Shown piece after piece: positions 18,191 through 27,498 of a stretch of 35,379 bases of DNA; position 1 is the stretch's first letter; every line of letters begins with the position of its first letter. The notes under the pieces are model-generated. The model had not been told where the DNA came from. It did no database searches and worked only from the letters and a program-made list of their open reading frames with translations. A program made the translations under genes and the position numbers. Source of the stretch: Verrucomicrobiota bacterium. GTDB lineage: Bacteria; Verrucomicrobiota; Verrucomicrobiia; Limisphaerales; Palsa-1400. Where the stretch lies: NCBI GenBank assembly GCA_049510745.1, contig JBEKYR010000049.1:1-35379 (forward strand), written 5' to 3'.

Positions 18191-20473
18191 TCATGTCTGG
18201 GTGGCGGCCTGGACAGTATGAGGTTGCTGGGTTTCCTTCTCGGCACGCTTCTTGGCAACCCGGGCTGCAGCTTGAGCGCGGCGCTGGGCACAAAAAGCCT
18301 GCCGCTGTTCAGGGCTCATGTTGGCGTAATAGGCCCTCCGACCGGCACTCATCTTCGCGCTAATCGTTTTCCGCTTTTCTGGGGTCCAATTGGCTCTGCT
18401 TTGCCTGGCCCTTTCATTCATTGCCGCCGCCCACTGCTTCACCTGTTCAGGGCTTCGGTTCAGGCTTTCGAGGTACCTCCTCATTGCCAAGCTGTGTTTC
18501 TCGCTTGTGGCTCTCTTCTCTTCGTCAGATCTCTGCGCGCGTTTGGCTGCTCGTTTGGCAATAGCCGCCGCAATTCCCTCGGCAGAGATTCCGCCGGTTC
18601 TCCGCCACCATTCCGCCCGGGCCTCGCTCCGCCGTTTCCGAATTTCCTCGGTGTAGCGAGCCGCTGCGTGCTGCTCCCGAAGGCTGGCGACACCCGCACT
18701 GACGTCCCGCCATTCCCCAACATGACCGGTGACAGAATGGATCCTGTACCGACAGCCGCTACCATCAACCTCAACGCAAGAAACCAAAGCCTGTATCGGG
18801 CCGAGAAGTTTCCGCCTAACCTCTTGGTTCCAGAGCTGTTGCTGGAGCGTTTTGCCGGCAGAAAGCAATGCACGTAGCTGGTTATCGCTGGTACCGTCAA
18901 TTGAGCCGGCTTCCTTGAGTGTCTTGATAACGGTATTCCAGGCCGAGTCAACGCCACCCGTCAACTTTTGGACTTCGTCGAGCTTCTTGATTTCCTTTGT
19001 CAGGGTCTCCCTCTTGGCGTTGAGAGGTTCAAGCTCCTTTTCAATTTCATCCAGGTTCGGATACGTCTTGGCAATTCGGACGAGTCGTTCAATCTGCTGC
19101 GAGACGCTGACCAGTTCAGCGCGTGCTGCATCCAACTGGACTTGGCGCTGGTGGTCTTTTTTGAGCAGCAGTTGCGCCGGGCTCTGGTTCATTACCAAAA
19201 TGAAGAAGTCGTGCTCAATGGGGTCTACGCAAATGCGTTGGCCCGTCGCACAAACTTTGCCATTTCCGCCTGCCCCGTAGTCTTCGTGGCTACGGCACAC
19301 GTAAGTCCGCTGAGAAAACGGCGCATTCTGCGGACAGTACGCGTGCATTGTCCGCCCGCAATGGGCGCACTTCACTAATCTTGGGAACAACGAGGCAAGG
19401 CGGTTCCCCTTGGCAGTTCCACCGCCCGACCTGTGAGGGATAGCGACCCTGACCTGCAATCGCGCCCAGACTTCCGGGGTGACGGCGGCTGGATAATAGT
19501 CTTTTATAACGTGGTCCATGAACCTGAAGGTTCCCAGCAGCGCGGGGTTCTTGAGGATATCAGCGATCCCGGCTGCACACCAGGTTTTGCCCCAAGCAAA
19601 GCAGGGCACTTTGTTGTCATTGAGCTGACGTGCAATCGCATTCAACGGCTTATTGTTCACCACTCCATCGACAAGGCGCATCAAAGTCTTGTACTTCTGG
19701 GGTTCCCATTCATAATGCGGTTGCGGTTCCTTGACAAAATTAATCCAGGAAGGCATCCATGTGCCCCAATTTATCTTCTCTCCCTTGAGGGTATGCATGA
19801 GCTTGATGGCGAGTGTGTCTTTTTGTCTCCGGCTCAGCGCCTGCACCATCCTGTTTGCCTCATCGAACTTCAGGATGAGGATGATTTTCTTGAGCGGATT
19901 GTCTTTGTCCGCTGGCCGGATGAACAACCGGTCGTTAATGAAATAGAAACAAACACCTCTCCGCACCAGACCCCAGAAGGCGCTTTCTGCCGTATCCAGA
20001 CAAGCACGAGTAAACCGGTCAACGGCCTCAGCATGGATTACCTTTCCACGTACGTCGATGAGGCCCTCGTCCACAGCAGCCATGAATGCGCCCAGGGCTG
20101 CATCGGGCGACATATTGAGAGGTCGGCCGGTCTTCTTATCTATGCGGAATCCGGACACCCCTAAATCTTCCATCTTTAAGGTTTCATTGACCGTCCAGTT
20201 CAGTTCCGCTGCGGATCGCCGGACGAGTTCCATTTGGCGCTCATTGGAATATCCTTTCCGTTGCCGATCAGAGGAAAACCGGACTAGTGGAATGCTCTCG
20301 AGTCCGGCCGGTATGGCGCCATTTACCCCGTCCACTAAGGACTGTGAAACCTCATCTGCTTGGCAACGCTTTTGGAGCGTTGCCAGTTCATCCTGGCCAA
20401 GATTCTGCACAGCCTCGTCTAGCACGGAGGCGCCCTTCGCAGCCCCGTTGGTAGGCGAGTCAATCTTCGTCAT
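18191..20473 (-). CDS. Large serine recombinase (resolvase, recombinase, zinc ribbon and coiled coil) with a ~155-aa basic helical C-terminal extension
   Basis: Catalytic RFSSDRQ, DLGVSG, DRFTR; IARQLN; ILKNPALLG; YYPAAVTPEVW; CAHCG...YVC...C zinc ribbon; coiled coil. Confidence 0.92.
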   Translation of the reverse strand: MTKIDSPTNGAAKGASVLDEAVQNLGQDELATLQKRCQADEVSQSLVDGVNGAIPAGLESIPLVRFSSDRQRKGYSNERQMELVRRSAAELNWTVNETLKMEDLGVSGFRIDKKTGRPLNMSPDAALGAFMAAVDEGLIDVRGKVIHAEAVDRFTRACLDTAESAFWGLVRRGVCFYFINDRLFIRPADKDNPLKKIILILKFDEANRMVQALSRRQKDTLAIKLMHTLKGEKINWGTWMPSWINFVKEPQPHYEWEPQKYKTLMRLVDGVVNNKPLNAIARQLNDNKVPCFAWGKTWCAAGIADILKNPALLGTFRFMDHVIKDYYPAAVTPEVWARLQVRVAIPHRSGGGTAKGNRLASLFPRLVKCAHCGRTMHAYCPQNAPFSQRTYVCRSHEDYGAGGNGKVCATGQRICVDPIEHDFFILVMNQSPAQLLLKKDHQRQVQLDAARAELVSVSQQIERLVRIAKTYPNLDEIEKELEPLNAKRETLTKEIKKLDEVQKLTGGVDSAWNTVIKTLKEAGSIDGTSDNQLRALLSAGKTLQQQLWNQEVRRKLLGPIQALVSCVEVDGSGCRYRIHSVTGHVGEWRDVSAGVASLREQHAAARYTEEIRKRRSEARAEWWRRTGGISAEGIAAAIAKRAAKRAQRSDEEKRATSEKHSLAMRRYLESLNRSPEQVKQWAAAMNERARQSRANWTPEKRKTISAKMSAGRRAYYANMSPEQRQAFCAQRRAQAAARVAKKRAEKETQQPHTVQAATQT

Positions 20474-20479
20474 GGTTCA

Positions 20480-20686
20480 TTATAGGGCTTCGCGCTCAGC
20501 GTTTTGCAGCGATCGAAGACGACTCCTGAGGGCTTGTAACTCTTGCGCATCGATTCTGGGGGGCTTGCCCGGCTCCTTGTTGACCTTGAGATAACCTAAC
20601 GACGCCAACACTTGGCAGAGGAGGGGCTCCAGATCCCGGAGTTGTTTGAGAGAGATAGGCGGTTTCTCGGAATCAGACGTCTTCAT
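20480..20686 (-). CDS. Small protein immediately upstream of the recombinase (candidate directionality factor or regulator)
   Basis: 68-aa ORF ending 6 nt before the recombinase ATG on the same strand; predicted helical. Confidence 0.55.
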   Translation of the reverse strand: MKTSDSEKPPISLKQLRDLEPLLCQVLASLGYLKVNKEPGKPPRIDAQELQALRSRLRSLQNAEREAL

Positions 20687-21221
20687 CGATGAACTTCAAG
20701 TTTGGCGGCTATAAGGTTCAGACGGGCGGAACAATCTCAGCCTTTACGAAACCCATCGGCCCCGCCCCACAAATGATGCATCAGGGGCGCCACATGCTCT
20801 GGCTGTTCTCTAGTCATCTGACCTCCTTCCGCGGCGAGAATTCCGCAGTCCAATACCGCCCACTGCGCTAAGTTTGCGTAAAAGTGTTTGGCGCCTTGAG
20901 TTCTGTATGGGTCAGATGCAGCGTGCAGCAGTACTTGTCCCCTTCGACCCGGCCTCGAAGATAGGCGAAGCATGGAATCCCACCGCGACGCAAAATCATG
21001 GGCTCCGAGTGGTTAAGTCCACAGCCTAGTCGCACAAATCCGAGGTACTGCAATCGCTCTTTGGATTCAGTGTATAAGAAGCCGAACCTTAAATCCTATT
21101 TCAGATTGCATGACTTGGGGTCCTTGTGTCTAAAGCATTGCGGGCCTTATACTTGCCTATTGGGAGGCCGCGGGTGAAACCGAAATCACGCCCGGCCCGG
21201 TTGGTCCCCTTGTCTGGTCTC

Positions 21222-21533
21222 CTACTGTAAAATGATCCTGCCAATGTTCAGGCTGAAGAAGTCGTCAGCAGGTCCAGGTCTTTGCCCGTGAATGGAAGGT
21301 GTCGCTGCAAACGCCGTTCCTGGGGCAGGTAGTAGGTGGCCTAAATGTTGGCGGCTTGCCCTCAGACGATCATGACCGGGCGGCCTATCTGGTCTCTCTG
21401 GGCCAGCACAGCCCGAAACCTTAAGGAGGTACCAGCAGCAAGGGGAGGAATAGGAGTCAAATCGGACTGGTGGAAACGGATTGGGTATTGTGGATGAGGC
21501 CGCTGTGAAAATAGAGATGGCGGGTTTCTTCAT
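21222..21533 (-). CDS. Hypothetical protein (doubtful)
   Basis: ATG preceded by GAGGT and an MKK start; no recognisable domain. Confidence 0.25.
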   Translation of the reverse strand: MKKPAISIFTAASSTIPNPFPPVRFDSYSSPCCWYLLKVSGCAGPERPDRPPGHDRLRASRQHLGHLLPAPGTAFAATPSIHGQRPGPADDFFSLNIGRIILQ

Positions 21534-21608
21534 CGCACCTCGGTTGCTATGGTCTTCTGTGTTGTCCGAAAAAATGCGAAATTCGGGGTCAAATTGTGCA
21601 TCTCGAAG

Positions 21609-21636
21609 TTGAAATGGGTGACGACCGACCTATAAT
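21609..21636 (+). promoter_or_regulatory. Sigma70-type promoter P1
   Basis: TTGAAA - 16 nt - TATAAT followed by GC-rich GGCCGC. Confidence 0.6.
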
Positions 21637-21702
21637 GGCCGCCGTTTGCGGCGGCGCGAAAAAGGTTCTTCGTTCGTTTGGAAATAAACTGTGGTCTTGT
21701 AG

Positions 21703-21730
21703 TTGAAAAACTGAGCCACGGGCCTATAAT
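21703..21730 (+). promoter_or_regulatory. Sigma70-type promoter P2
   Basis: TTGAAA - 16 nt - TATAAT followed by TGCCGC; same architecture as P1, 94 bp downstream. Confidence 0.6.
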
Positions 21731-22142
21731 TGCCGCTGCCGGCAAGACCGGGCGAATTTATCGGCTCAGGCTGTACTGTGTCGCTGTTCGATGAGGTTAT
21801 GCGGCACGGGGCGGGAAACACTTAAGGAGGTACATGAATCCGAGTATCAGCAGGCGATCCAACACGCCTGTGCGGCAGGCCAACGGCGGCTGGACACGCG
21901 GCGGCCTTGTTCTGGGCTGAAGTCACGCCTGCGCCGCGTCAACTCGGTTTCCCAACTACCCCTGCGATGATCGTGGCCAAGCATGGGTGAAAGCATCCAC
22001 GCTCTACTCGAATAATAAAGTTGGAAACCAAAGGTCGTGGCGTTGATCTGGTCGCCCGCAAGGGCGGCGACCATTACGCTGCCCGTTGCCTGACCTTTTG
22101 TCGGGCTCTCCCTCTTACGGATTCTTCTGTGGTGGAAACTCA

Positions 22143-23546
22143 TCACTCTCGTCCGCGGACATCGTAACACCAGAGGGTCTCATGGTAGCGCAGATAGAGC
22201 TGGCCATGAACAAGAACCGGATGCGCCCAGGCGTCACCGTTCCGCGCATCCACCAACTGGAAGCGGCCCAAAACCTCGAATCCGGCGGGTTGGGGCTTGA
22301 GCAGGGCGACCGTGCCGTCCTGGACCTGACAGTAGAGCCGTCCGTCAGCCCAAACCATCGCAACCGCGGCGTAGGCGGAGTTCCCAGTGGCCAACTTCAT
22401 GACGGCTAGTTCCTGGCCAGTCTTCCAGTCCAAGCAGTGCAACGATTTGGTCCGCATGCAGCCACTGGCATACAACGCGCCATTGACCAGCACGCCGCTG
22501 CTGGTCAAGGCATCAACCGGTGTTTTCCAAATTAGCGTGGCCCAAGAGTCGGCCGGTGCCAGGCGATAGAGCGAGCCGCCCACCCCGTCAGAGCTGACGT
22601 AGAACACGCAACCTTCGCCATAAATGGGAGTCGAAACGGTGACGCCGTAGGGGTTGGCCAAAGGCACGGTCCAGAGCAATTTCCCTGTGTCGGCGTCCAA
22701 GCCAAAGCCGTGCTCGGCGGAGCAGTTAGCCACGACGCGGCACCCTCCTTGGCGAAAAAGGATGGGAGAAGTGTAGGTTGGCGCCCCGCCTGGTTCGGAG
22801 GCCCAGACGGTTTTTCCGGTGGCCTTATCCAGTGCGGCCATGAGGGCCTTGCTCCCGCCGGGAGTTACAAGGACCCGCGGTCCGTCCACCAGAAGACACT
22901 CCCCAAAGGCCCACGCAAGCTCGTGCCCTCCGAACCGCTGGAGGATGTCCACCGCCCACAGTTCCTTCCCGGTGCCAGCCTCGAAAGCGGCCGCTCGCCC
23001 ATGGGCATTAAGGTGATATACCACCCCTTGAGAATAGGCGCAGCAGGCCCGTGCTCCCGCGTAGGGACCCGCCCAAGCCAGGCCATTGGTGCTCCTCCAG
23101 TTCAAGTGCCCGCGCAAATCGAATGAAAAAACAACAAGGTTGGTGCCCACATCTCCGGTAATAAAGACCTTTCCACCCGTAACGATGGGGGACGACCAGC
23201 CGCGCCCGATCTCTTCGGCTTTCCACAGCAACCGTGGGCCCCCGGCCGGCCAATTGGAAAGCAAGTCTTTTTCATTTGAGATGCCGTCACGCCGCGGGCC
23301 TCGCCATTGCGGCCACCCTTCTTCTGGCGAAGCGATTAAGCCATCGAGGCGGTTGCCATTCTCAGCCAGTGGCGCTTGACTGGCGTGAGACAAAGGCACT
23401 GAACACACGCCGGCCAAGGCGAGCAGTAAAGCAAATGTCCAGAGCCGTCGCCCGGCAGGAACTGGAATGTGGGTTCCGTTTGGTTTCATCTCGGTCGCTG
23501 CCTCGAACTTTCTGGACCGGTAACGCTTCATTCCGGACCCAGCCAT
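22143..23546 (-). CDS. PQQ-binding-like beta-propeller repeat protein (BamB-like fold, PVC-expanded family)
   Basis: WPQWRGPRRDG, GWSSPIV, repeated A(L/F)D..TG..(L/V)W blades, WAHPV..G.LYLR; true start may be a downstream Met. Confidence 0.88.
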   Translation of the reverse strand: MAGSGMKRYRSRKFEAATEMKPNGTHIPVPAGRRLWTFALLLALAGVCSVPLSHASQAPLAENGNRLDGLIASPEEGWPQWRGPRRDGISNEKDLLSNWPAGGPRLLWKAEEIGRGWSSPIVTGGKVFITGDVGTNLVVFSFDLRGHLNWRSTNGLAWAGPYAGARACCAYSQGVVYHLNAHGRAAAFEAGTGKELWAVDILQRFGGHELAWAFGECLLVDGPRVLVTPGGSKALMAALDKATGKTVWASEPGGAPTYTSPILFRQGGCRVVANCSAEHGFGLDADTGKLLWTVPLANPYGVTVSTPIYGEGCVFYVSSDGVGGSLYRLAPADSWATLIWKTPVDALTSSGVLVNGALYASGCMRTKSLHCLDWKTGQELAVMKLATGNSAYAAVAMVWADGRLYCQVQDGTVALLKPQPAGFEVLGRFQLVDARNGDAWAHPVLVHGQLYLRYHETLWCYDVRGRE

Positions 23547-23548
23547 GC

Positions 23549-23905
23549 TTAGCCGAGCAGCTTTTCAACGTTCTCAGGTGGGCGGCCCAGCACGGCCCGA
23601 CCGCCGCTCACGACTATTGGCCTCTGGATCAGATCAGGGTGCTTCGCCAGGAGAGCGATCAATTCCTCATCCGAGAAATCCCTTTTTCCGATGCCCAGCC
23701 GTCGGGCCACTGGTTCGTCCTTGCGGAGGATGTCTCGAGCGGTTAACCCCAGCTTTTTCAACAGCCCCCGCAGGTCTGTTTCGGTGAGAGGGGCTTTATA
23801 GTAATTGATCGCTTCAAATTCCACTCCGCGTTCCTTCAAAAGACGCAATGTCGTCCGGCATTTGGTGCAGGTGGGTTTCTGGTAAACGGTAAATTTCTTC
23901 TTCAT
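23549..23905 (-). CDS. ArsC/YffB/Spx-family arsenate reductase-like protein
   Basis: YQKPTCTKCR, HPDLIQRPIVV, GRPPE. Confidence 0.9.
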   Translation of the reverse strand: MKKKFTVYQKPTCTKCRTTLRLLKERGVEFEAINYYKAPLTETDLRGLLKKLGLTARDILRKDEPVARRLGIGKRDFSDEELIALLAKHPDLIQRPIVVSGGRAVLGRPPENVEKLLG

Positions 23906-23980
23906 ACTTATCCCTGCTACCGCAACTCAGTGGGGTGACGCAAGTAATGGTTTACATCCGAACCGCAACGTCAACTACCC

Positions 23981-24175
23981 ATGTCGAACACTCTTGAAAA
24001 CACCCGAGACCAAAAAGATATGCACCGCCCGGAGATCCGGCCTCAGGGGAAAGTGGCCTACAGCCGCCAGCAGTTATATAAGGCAATCTGGAGTACCCCG
24101 TGCCAGGTTCTCGCCAAGAGCCTTGGGATTTCTGACGTAGCGCTCGCAAAGACTTGTAAGCGCCTGGGAAGCTGA
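23981..24175 (+). pseudogene. Truncated HTH-like mobile-element protein
   Basis: SRQQLYKAIWSTPCQVLAKSLGISDVALAKTCKRLG* matches a common R..LY..VW..P...LA...G.SDV.LAK.C N-terminal domain, stopping before the usual P..GYW continuation. Confidence 0.6.
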
Positions 24176-24451
24176 GTTTCGAGGTGCATGCGCGTGGCTT
24201 GCGGGGCCGGAGGGCTTGGGCGGAAACGGGGAGCATCCGGGTGCGCTTCGCGCCACTCGTCCCAAAAGATGCCGCCAGCAAATGGCTAATCAGATCTGGA
24301 CCGAGGCTCAACTCCACGTCGAAGTTGGGAGATTGGGCGAGAAAACTGCAAGAGACGTTTAAGCAACGCCAAGATAGGCTCAAAAGACACGCTCAGAATA
24401 ATGGTCGTGGCTCAATCGTACCCCGAAAACAATTTGCTATAGAATGGTCTT

Positions 24452-24766
24452 GTGAGCGCAGATAACGACATACAACAAGATTCTGAACTACGGATCGCCG
24501 GAGGGATCGAGTTCATTTATTGGCTCAACCTCGTCGGAAAATCGCGCACTACCGGCTACCTTTGGCGCAAAAAGGGTCCAAACGGTGAGCCACCTCGGAT
24601 TAAGACACTTAACATCGACGGCAAGAATTACGTTAGGGCCGAAGAGGTTAAGCGGTTCTGGGATCGCGCCGAAACTGGTGAATTCGCCAAAGAAGCCGTG
24701 GTTCCCGCAAGGTGCTCTGCCAAGCCCAAGCCTAACGGCGACTCAAAAGGTGCGACGTCAGTTTAG
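24452..24766 (+). CDS. Excisionase/AlpA-like DNA-binding protein
   Basis: WLNLVGKSRTTGYLWRKKG...IKTLNIDGKNYVRAEEVKRF is a winged-HTH excisionase pattern; convergent with and overlapping the integrase 3' end. Confidence 0.7.
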   Translation: MSADNDIQQDSELRIAGGIEFIYWLNLVGKSRTTGYLWRKKGPNGEPPRIKTLNIDGKNYVRAEEVKRFWDRAETGEFAKEAVVPARCSAKPKPNGDSKGATSV

Positions 24767-26150
24767 CCGACATGGCGTGCTCGTGAGTTGTGTCCAAGTG
24801 GCCGTATAACCTGCCAATCAGCACTCCCCCGTCCCGGTGTGACACCCAATAGGCGATAGTCTTATAATCAATGCCCGCCATCACCGCATGGCTGATGAAG
24901 TAATGCCGGAACCACTGGAAGGTCACCCGATCGAACCAAAATGACTCGTTCTTCTTCGTCCCGGGGTGTCCCTCGCAATACCTGGCCCGGAGCTCTTTTT
25001 TTACCCGATGGAGCTGCTTGTTGAACCGCTTCGTGGGGCCGTCGAAATGGCGTGACGGAAACATCCAATCGGTTGACGGATCCCTGCGTTCGTACATCGC
25101 GCGGAGGTGGTCTTCGAGGTCCTGGTGGAAAATCACCGACCGGTCCTCGGCTGGCTTACCACCGCCAGCCTTGGCGTCCTCGCCTGGAAAGAACAGATTG
25201 CCTGGGATTTTGTCACCTTTCTTGAACGCAAGGCCCCCGTCCCCGTCGTGTTCCGCGATCCGGCCCCATGTGACATAAGTCCAGCGTTGCAGGGTCGTCT
25301 CGTGTTCCCGGCCGCCTGCATGCTGTAGTAAACGCAAATAATCGTGAAAGGCTTGACCTGATACCGCCTGGGCCGCCCGCAAGTGCCGGTACCTCTTATC
25401 GATGAGTTCGAGCGCGTCCGGATTCAATAGGGCAGCGTTGCATATCTCTTCCACCTGTTCGGGCTTCAACAGCTCATCCTTCGAGGGGGCTTCGGCCAAC
25501 TTTTCCCAATACCAATCAGCGCTACTCTTGGGAAGGTGTCCCTTCAGTTTGGCCCAGTTGCGCACTTGCTGCATGGCCATTACGTTGAGGTCGATGGTCC
25601 GGCCCGACACATGGGCATCCTGTTCCTCGGCGCGTTTTTTCCGCCAGGTAGCAAAATCGACCAACGTGCCATCGGTTATTTCTTCGAAAAGCACATCCCC
25701 GAATTTCTCGACCCACAATCTGAGCCCGGAGTCTTCCCGGGCGCATGTGTCATCGTCCTTTTTCCCAAGCGCATCACGGTCCAGTCGGTACCCCTCCACG
25801 GCTTCGGCTAGGGAGAAAGCTGGCCGGTCCTCTTCGTCAATCTTTTCGTTATTCTTTTCTGCAATCGCGGCCGTGGTATCCCCGGAGAGGGCCATCTGGT
25901 TTGGTGGGAGAAGCTTCCCCTCTCGCTGGAGATCTTTTAACACTTGCCTCTTTGTGATGGCCTGTGGCACAGTTGTGGCGTCATGCAATGGATACTTTTG
26001 TTGCTTGCCCTGGTTGTCATCAAGTTGGGCGTAATACGTTCCGTAGCGAAGCCACAGGCCGCGGACTCGTCGGGGAGGAGTGTGCCCGTCGAAAACTTTC
26101 TCGTAGGCACCGGGTTCTATGGCGTTCAACTGCGTTCGTGTGCGTTTCAT
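24732..26150 (-). CDS. Tyrosine recombinase/integrase
   Basis: AGGREHE (Arg I), WMFPS, FQWFRHYFISHAVMAGID..TIAYWVSH..GG....RLYGH (box II and catalytic Tyr); likely start MKRTRTQ; adjacent to a tRNA. Confidence 0.92.
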   Translation of the reverse strand: MKRTRTQLNAIEPGAYEKVFDGHTPPRRVRGLWLRYGTYYAQLDDNQGKQQKYPLHDATTVPQAITKRQVLKDLQREGKLLPPNQMALSGDTTAAIAEKNNEKIDEEDRPAFSLAEAVEGYRLDRDALGKKDDDTCAREDSGLRLWVEKFGDVLFEEITDGTLVDFATWRKKRAEEQDAHVSGRTIDLNVMAMQQVRNWAKLKGHLPKSSADWYWEKLAEAPSKDELLKPEQVEEICNAALLNPDALELIDKRYRHLRAAQAVSGQAFHDYLRLLQHAGGREHETTLQRWTYVTWGRIAEHDGDGGLAFKKGDKIPGNLFFPGEDAKAGGGKPAEDRSVIFHQDLEDHLRAMYERRDPSTDWMFPSRHFDGPTKRFNKQLHRVKKELRARYCEGHPGTKKNESFWFDRVTFQWFRHYFISHAVMAGIDYKTIAYWVSHRDGGVLIGRLYGHLDTTHEHAMSAKLTSHLLSRR

Positions 26151-26156
26151 ACAGGC

Positions 26157-26180
26157 AAAAGAATAACTAAAAGAATAACT
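26157..26180. repeat. Perfect 12-bp tandem direct repeat AAAAGAATAACT x2 (candidate integrase arm-binding sites)
   Basis: Seen directly between the integrase start and tRNA-Phe. Confidence 0.7.
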
Positions 26181-26279
26181 ATAGGGCAAGGACAATTTTC
26201 AAGTACACTTAATGCGGTTTGTTCGATACTCTGTAAATGCTTTGCAATAAGCAAGTTACAAGCGCATCATTTTTAGTTA

Positions 26280-26355
<76 letters not shown>

Positions 26356-26501
26356 CTTCTTTGTCGGTCGGTTTTATGGCTCGCGCGGTTTTGCGCTTCG
26401 TGCGCGGTGCTCGTCAAAAACACCCTGAAAACGGTCTTCGGCAACGTCGGCTCATTATCGCTTTCCAGACGCCTCAGTTGAAAGGATGAAAGGATCACCC
26501 G

Positions 26502-27494
26502 TTAAAACAAACTGCTGGCCATGGTGCCGAGGACGCTGAGCGGGCCGGTGTCTTCCAGGCTCTCGGTGGCTTTGTCCAGCTTTTGCAGCGAGAGTTTCAC
26601 GTCTTTGAGCATGGTGTCGTTGTTGATGAGCTGGCCGACGGTGCCCTGGCCGTGGTTGACCTTGAGCAGGATTTGGTGCGCGTTGGTCATGGTGCCGGTG
26701 GCGGCGCGATACAAGGTGTCGTCGGTCATCAATTTGCCCACCGTGCCCTGGCCGGCCTTGACGTCCAGGACAAGGCCGTTGGCGTTGGTTATCAGTTCGC
26801 GGGCTTTGGCGGCCGCGGTGTCGATGTCGCCCGCCGTTCCTTGCAGGTTGCTGATCGAGTTCAGGGCGCTGACATAGAGCGTGTCCGTGTTGATTAACTT
26901 GCCGACGGTTCCCTGGCCTTGCGTGATCCGGTCGGAGACGGTTTTCAGGTTGGCAATGCTCGCGGTGAGATTGGCCTGGTTGTTTTTGAGAAAATCGGTG
27001 AACGGCCCCAGCAGGTTGTCGATCTTTTCCCCGCTGAAACTGCGCGTCAGGTTCTCCACCCCGCTGGCGACGTTGTCGAGCTTGGCCATCAACATGCCGA
27101 GGTCCGGCTGCTCGAAGGATTGCAGCGTCGCGCCGTCCTCCGCCCGCGGGGCCGCGGCGGAGCCGAAATCTATCGCGACAAAGCTCTGCGCCATCAGGCC
27201 CGTGAAGCCGATGCTGGCCTTGCTGTCGGTTTTGACGCTGGCATCGCGGTTGAGGTTGAGGGTGACCTCCGCAAACGAGTTGCTCAAAGAAATGGATTCG
27301 ACGCGGCCGATCTGGACGCCGGCCATTTTGACGAAGTCGCCCACTTTGAGTTCCTGCACGTTTTTGAAGAGGGCGTGCAGGTGGTAGCCGCGGTGGAGGA
27401 AGGCGAATCCGCCGAGGGATTCCAGAATGATGAACGCGCAGAAAATGGCCAGCGCGAAGAAAAAGCCCAGCTTGCTTTCAATGGATTCTTTCAT
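26502..27494 (-). CDS. mlaD: MlaD/MCE-family protein with long helical region
   Basis: Start MKESIESKLG, TM anchor, MCE motif LKVGDFVKMAGVQIGRV, three G.GTVG.L repeats. Confidence 0.9.
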   Translation of the reverse strand: MKESIESKLGFFFALAIFCAFIILESLGGFAFLHRGYHLHALFKNVQELKVGDFVKMAGVQIGRVESISLSNSFAEVTLNLNRDASVKTDSKASIGFTGLMAQSFVAIDFGSAAAPRAEDGATLQSFEQPDLGMLMAKLDNVASGVENLTRSFSGEKIDNLLGPFTDFLKNNQANLTASIANLKTVSDRITQGQGTVGKLINTDTLYVSALNSISNLQGTAGDIDTAAAKARELITNANGLVLDVKAGQGTVGKLMTDDTLYRAATGTMTNAHQILLKVNHGQGTVGQLINNDTMLKDVKLSLQKLDKATESLEDTGPLSVLGTMASSLF

Positions 27495-27498
27495 GGTG

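Larger units (their letters stand above)
15400..26279. mobile_element. Mosaic genomic island or integration hotspot abutting tRNA-Phe
   Basis: Two intact recombinases, excisionase-like genes, tRNA remnants, IS fragments and many gene stubs; left boundary uncertain. Confidence 0.7.

Noticed and set aside
20868..21053. 61-aa minus ORF with a protein-like end (FAYLRGRVEGDKYCCTLHLTHTELK)
   Set aside because: May be another gene stub, but it has no convincing start and I cannot assign a family.
21161..21210. GC-rich stem vaguely like group II intron domain V or a riboswitch
   Set aside because: Does not fit the domain V pairing pattern and no reverse transcriptase is nearby.
21607..21736. Possible mini-CRISPR array
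   Set aside because: Only two copies, variable in the middle, and no cas genes; a promoter reading fits better.
23549..23905. Arsenic-resistance operon
   Set aside because: No arsR, arsB or acr3 nearby; a lone CxxC ArsC-family gene does not establish arsenate resistance.
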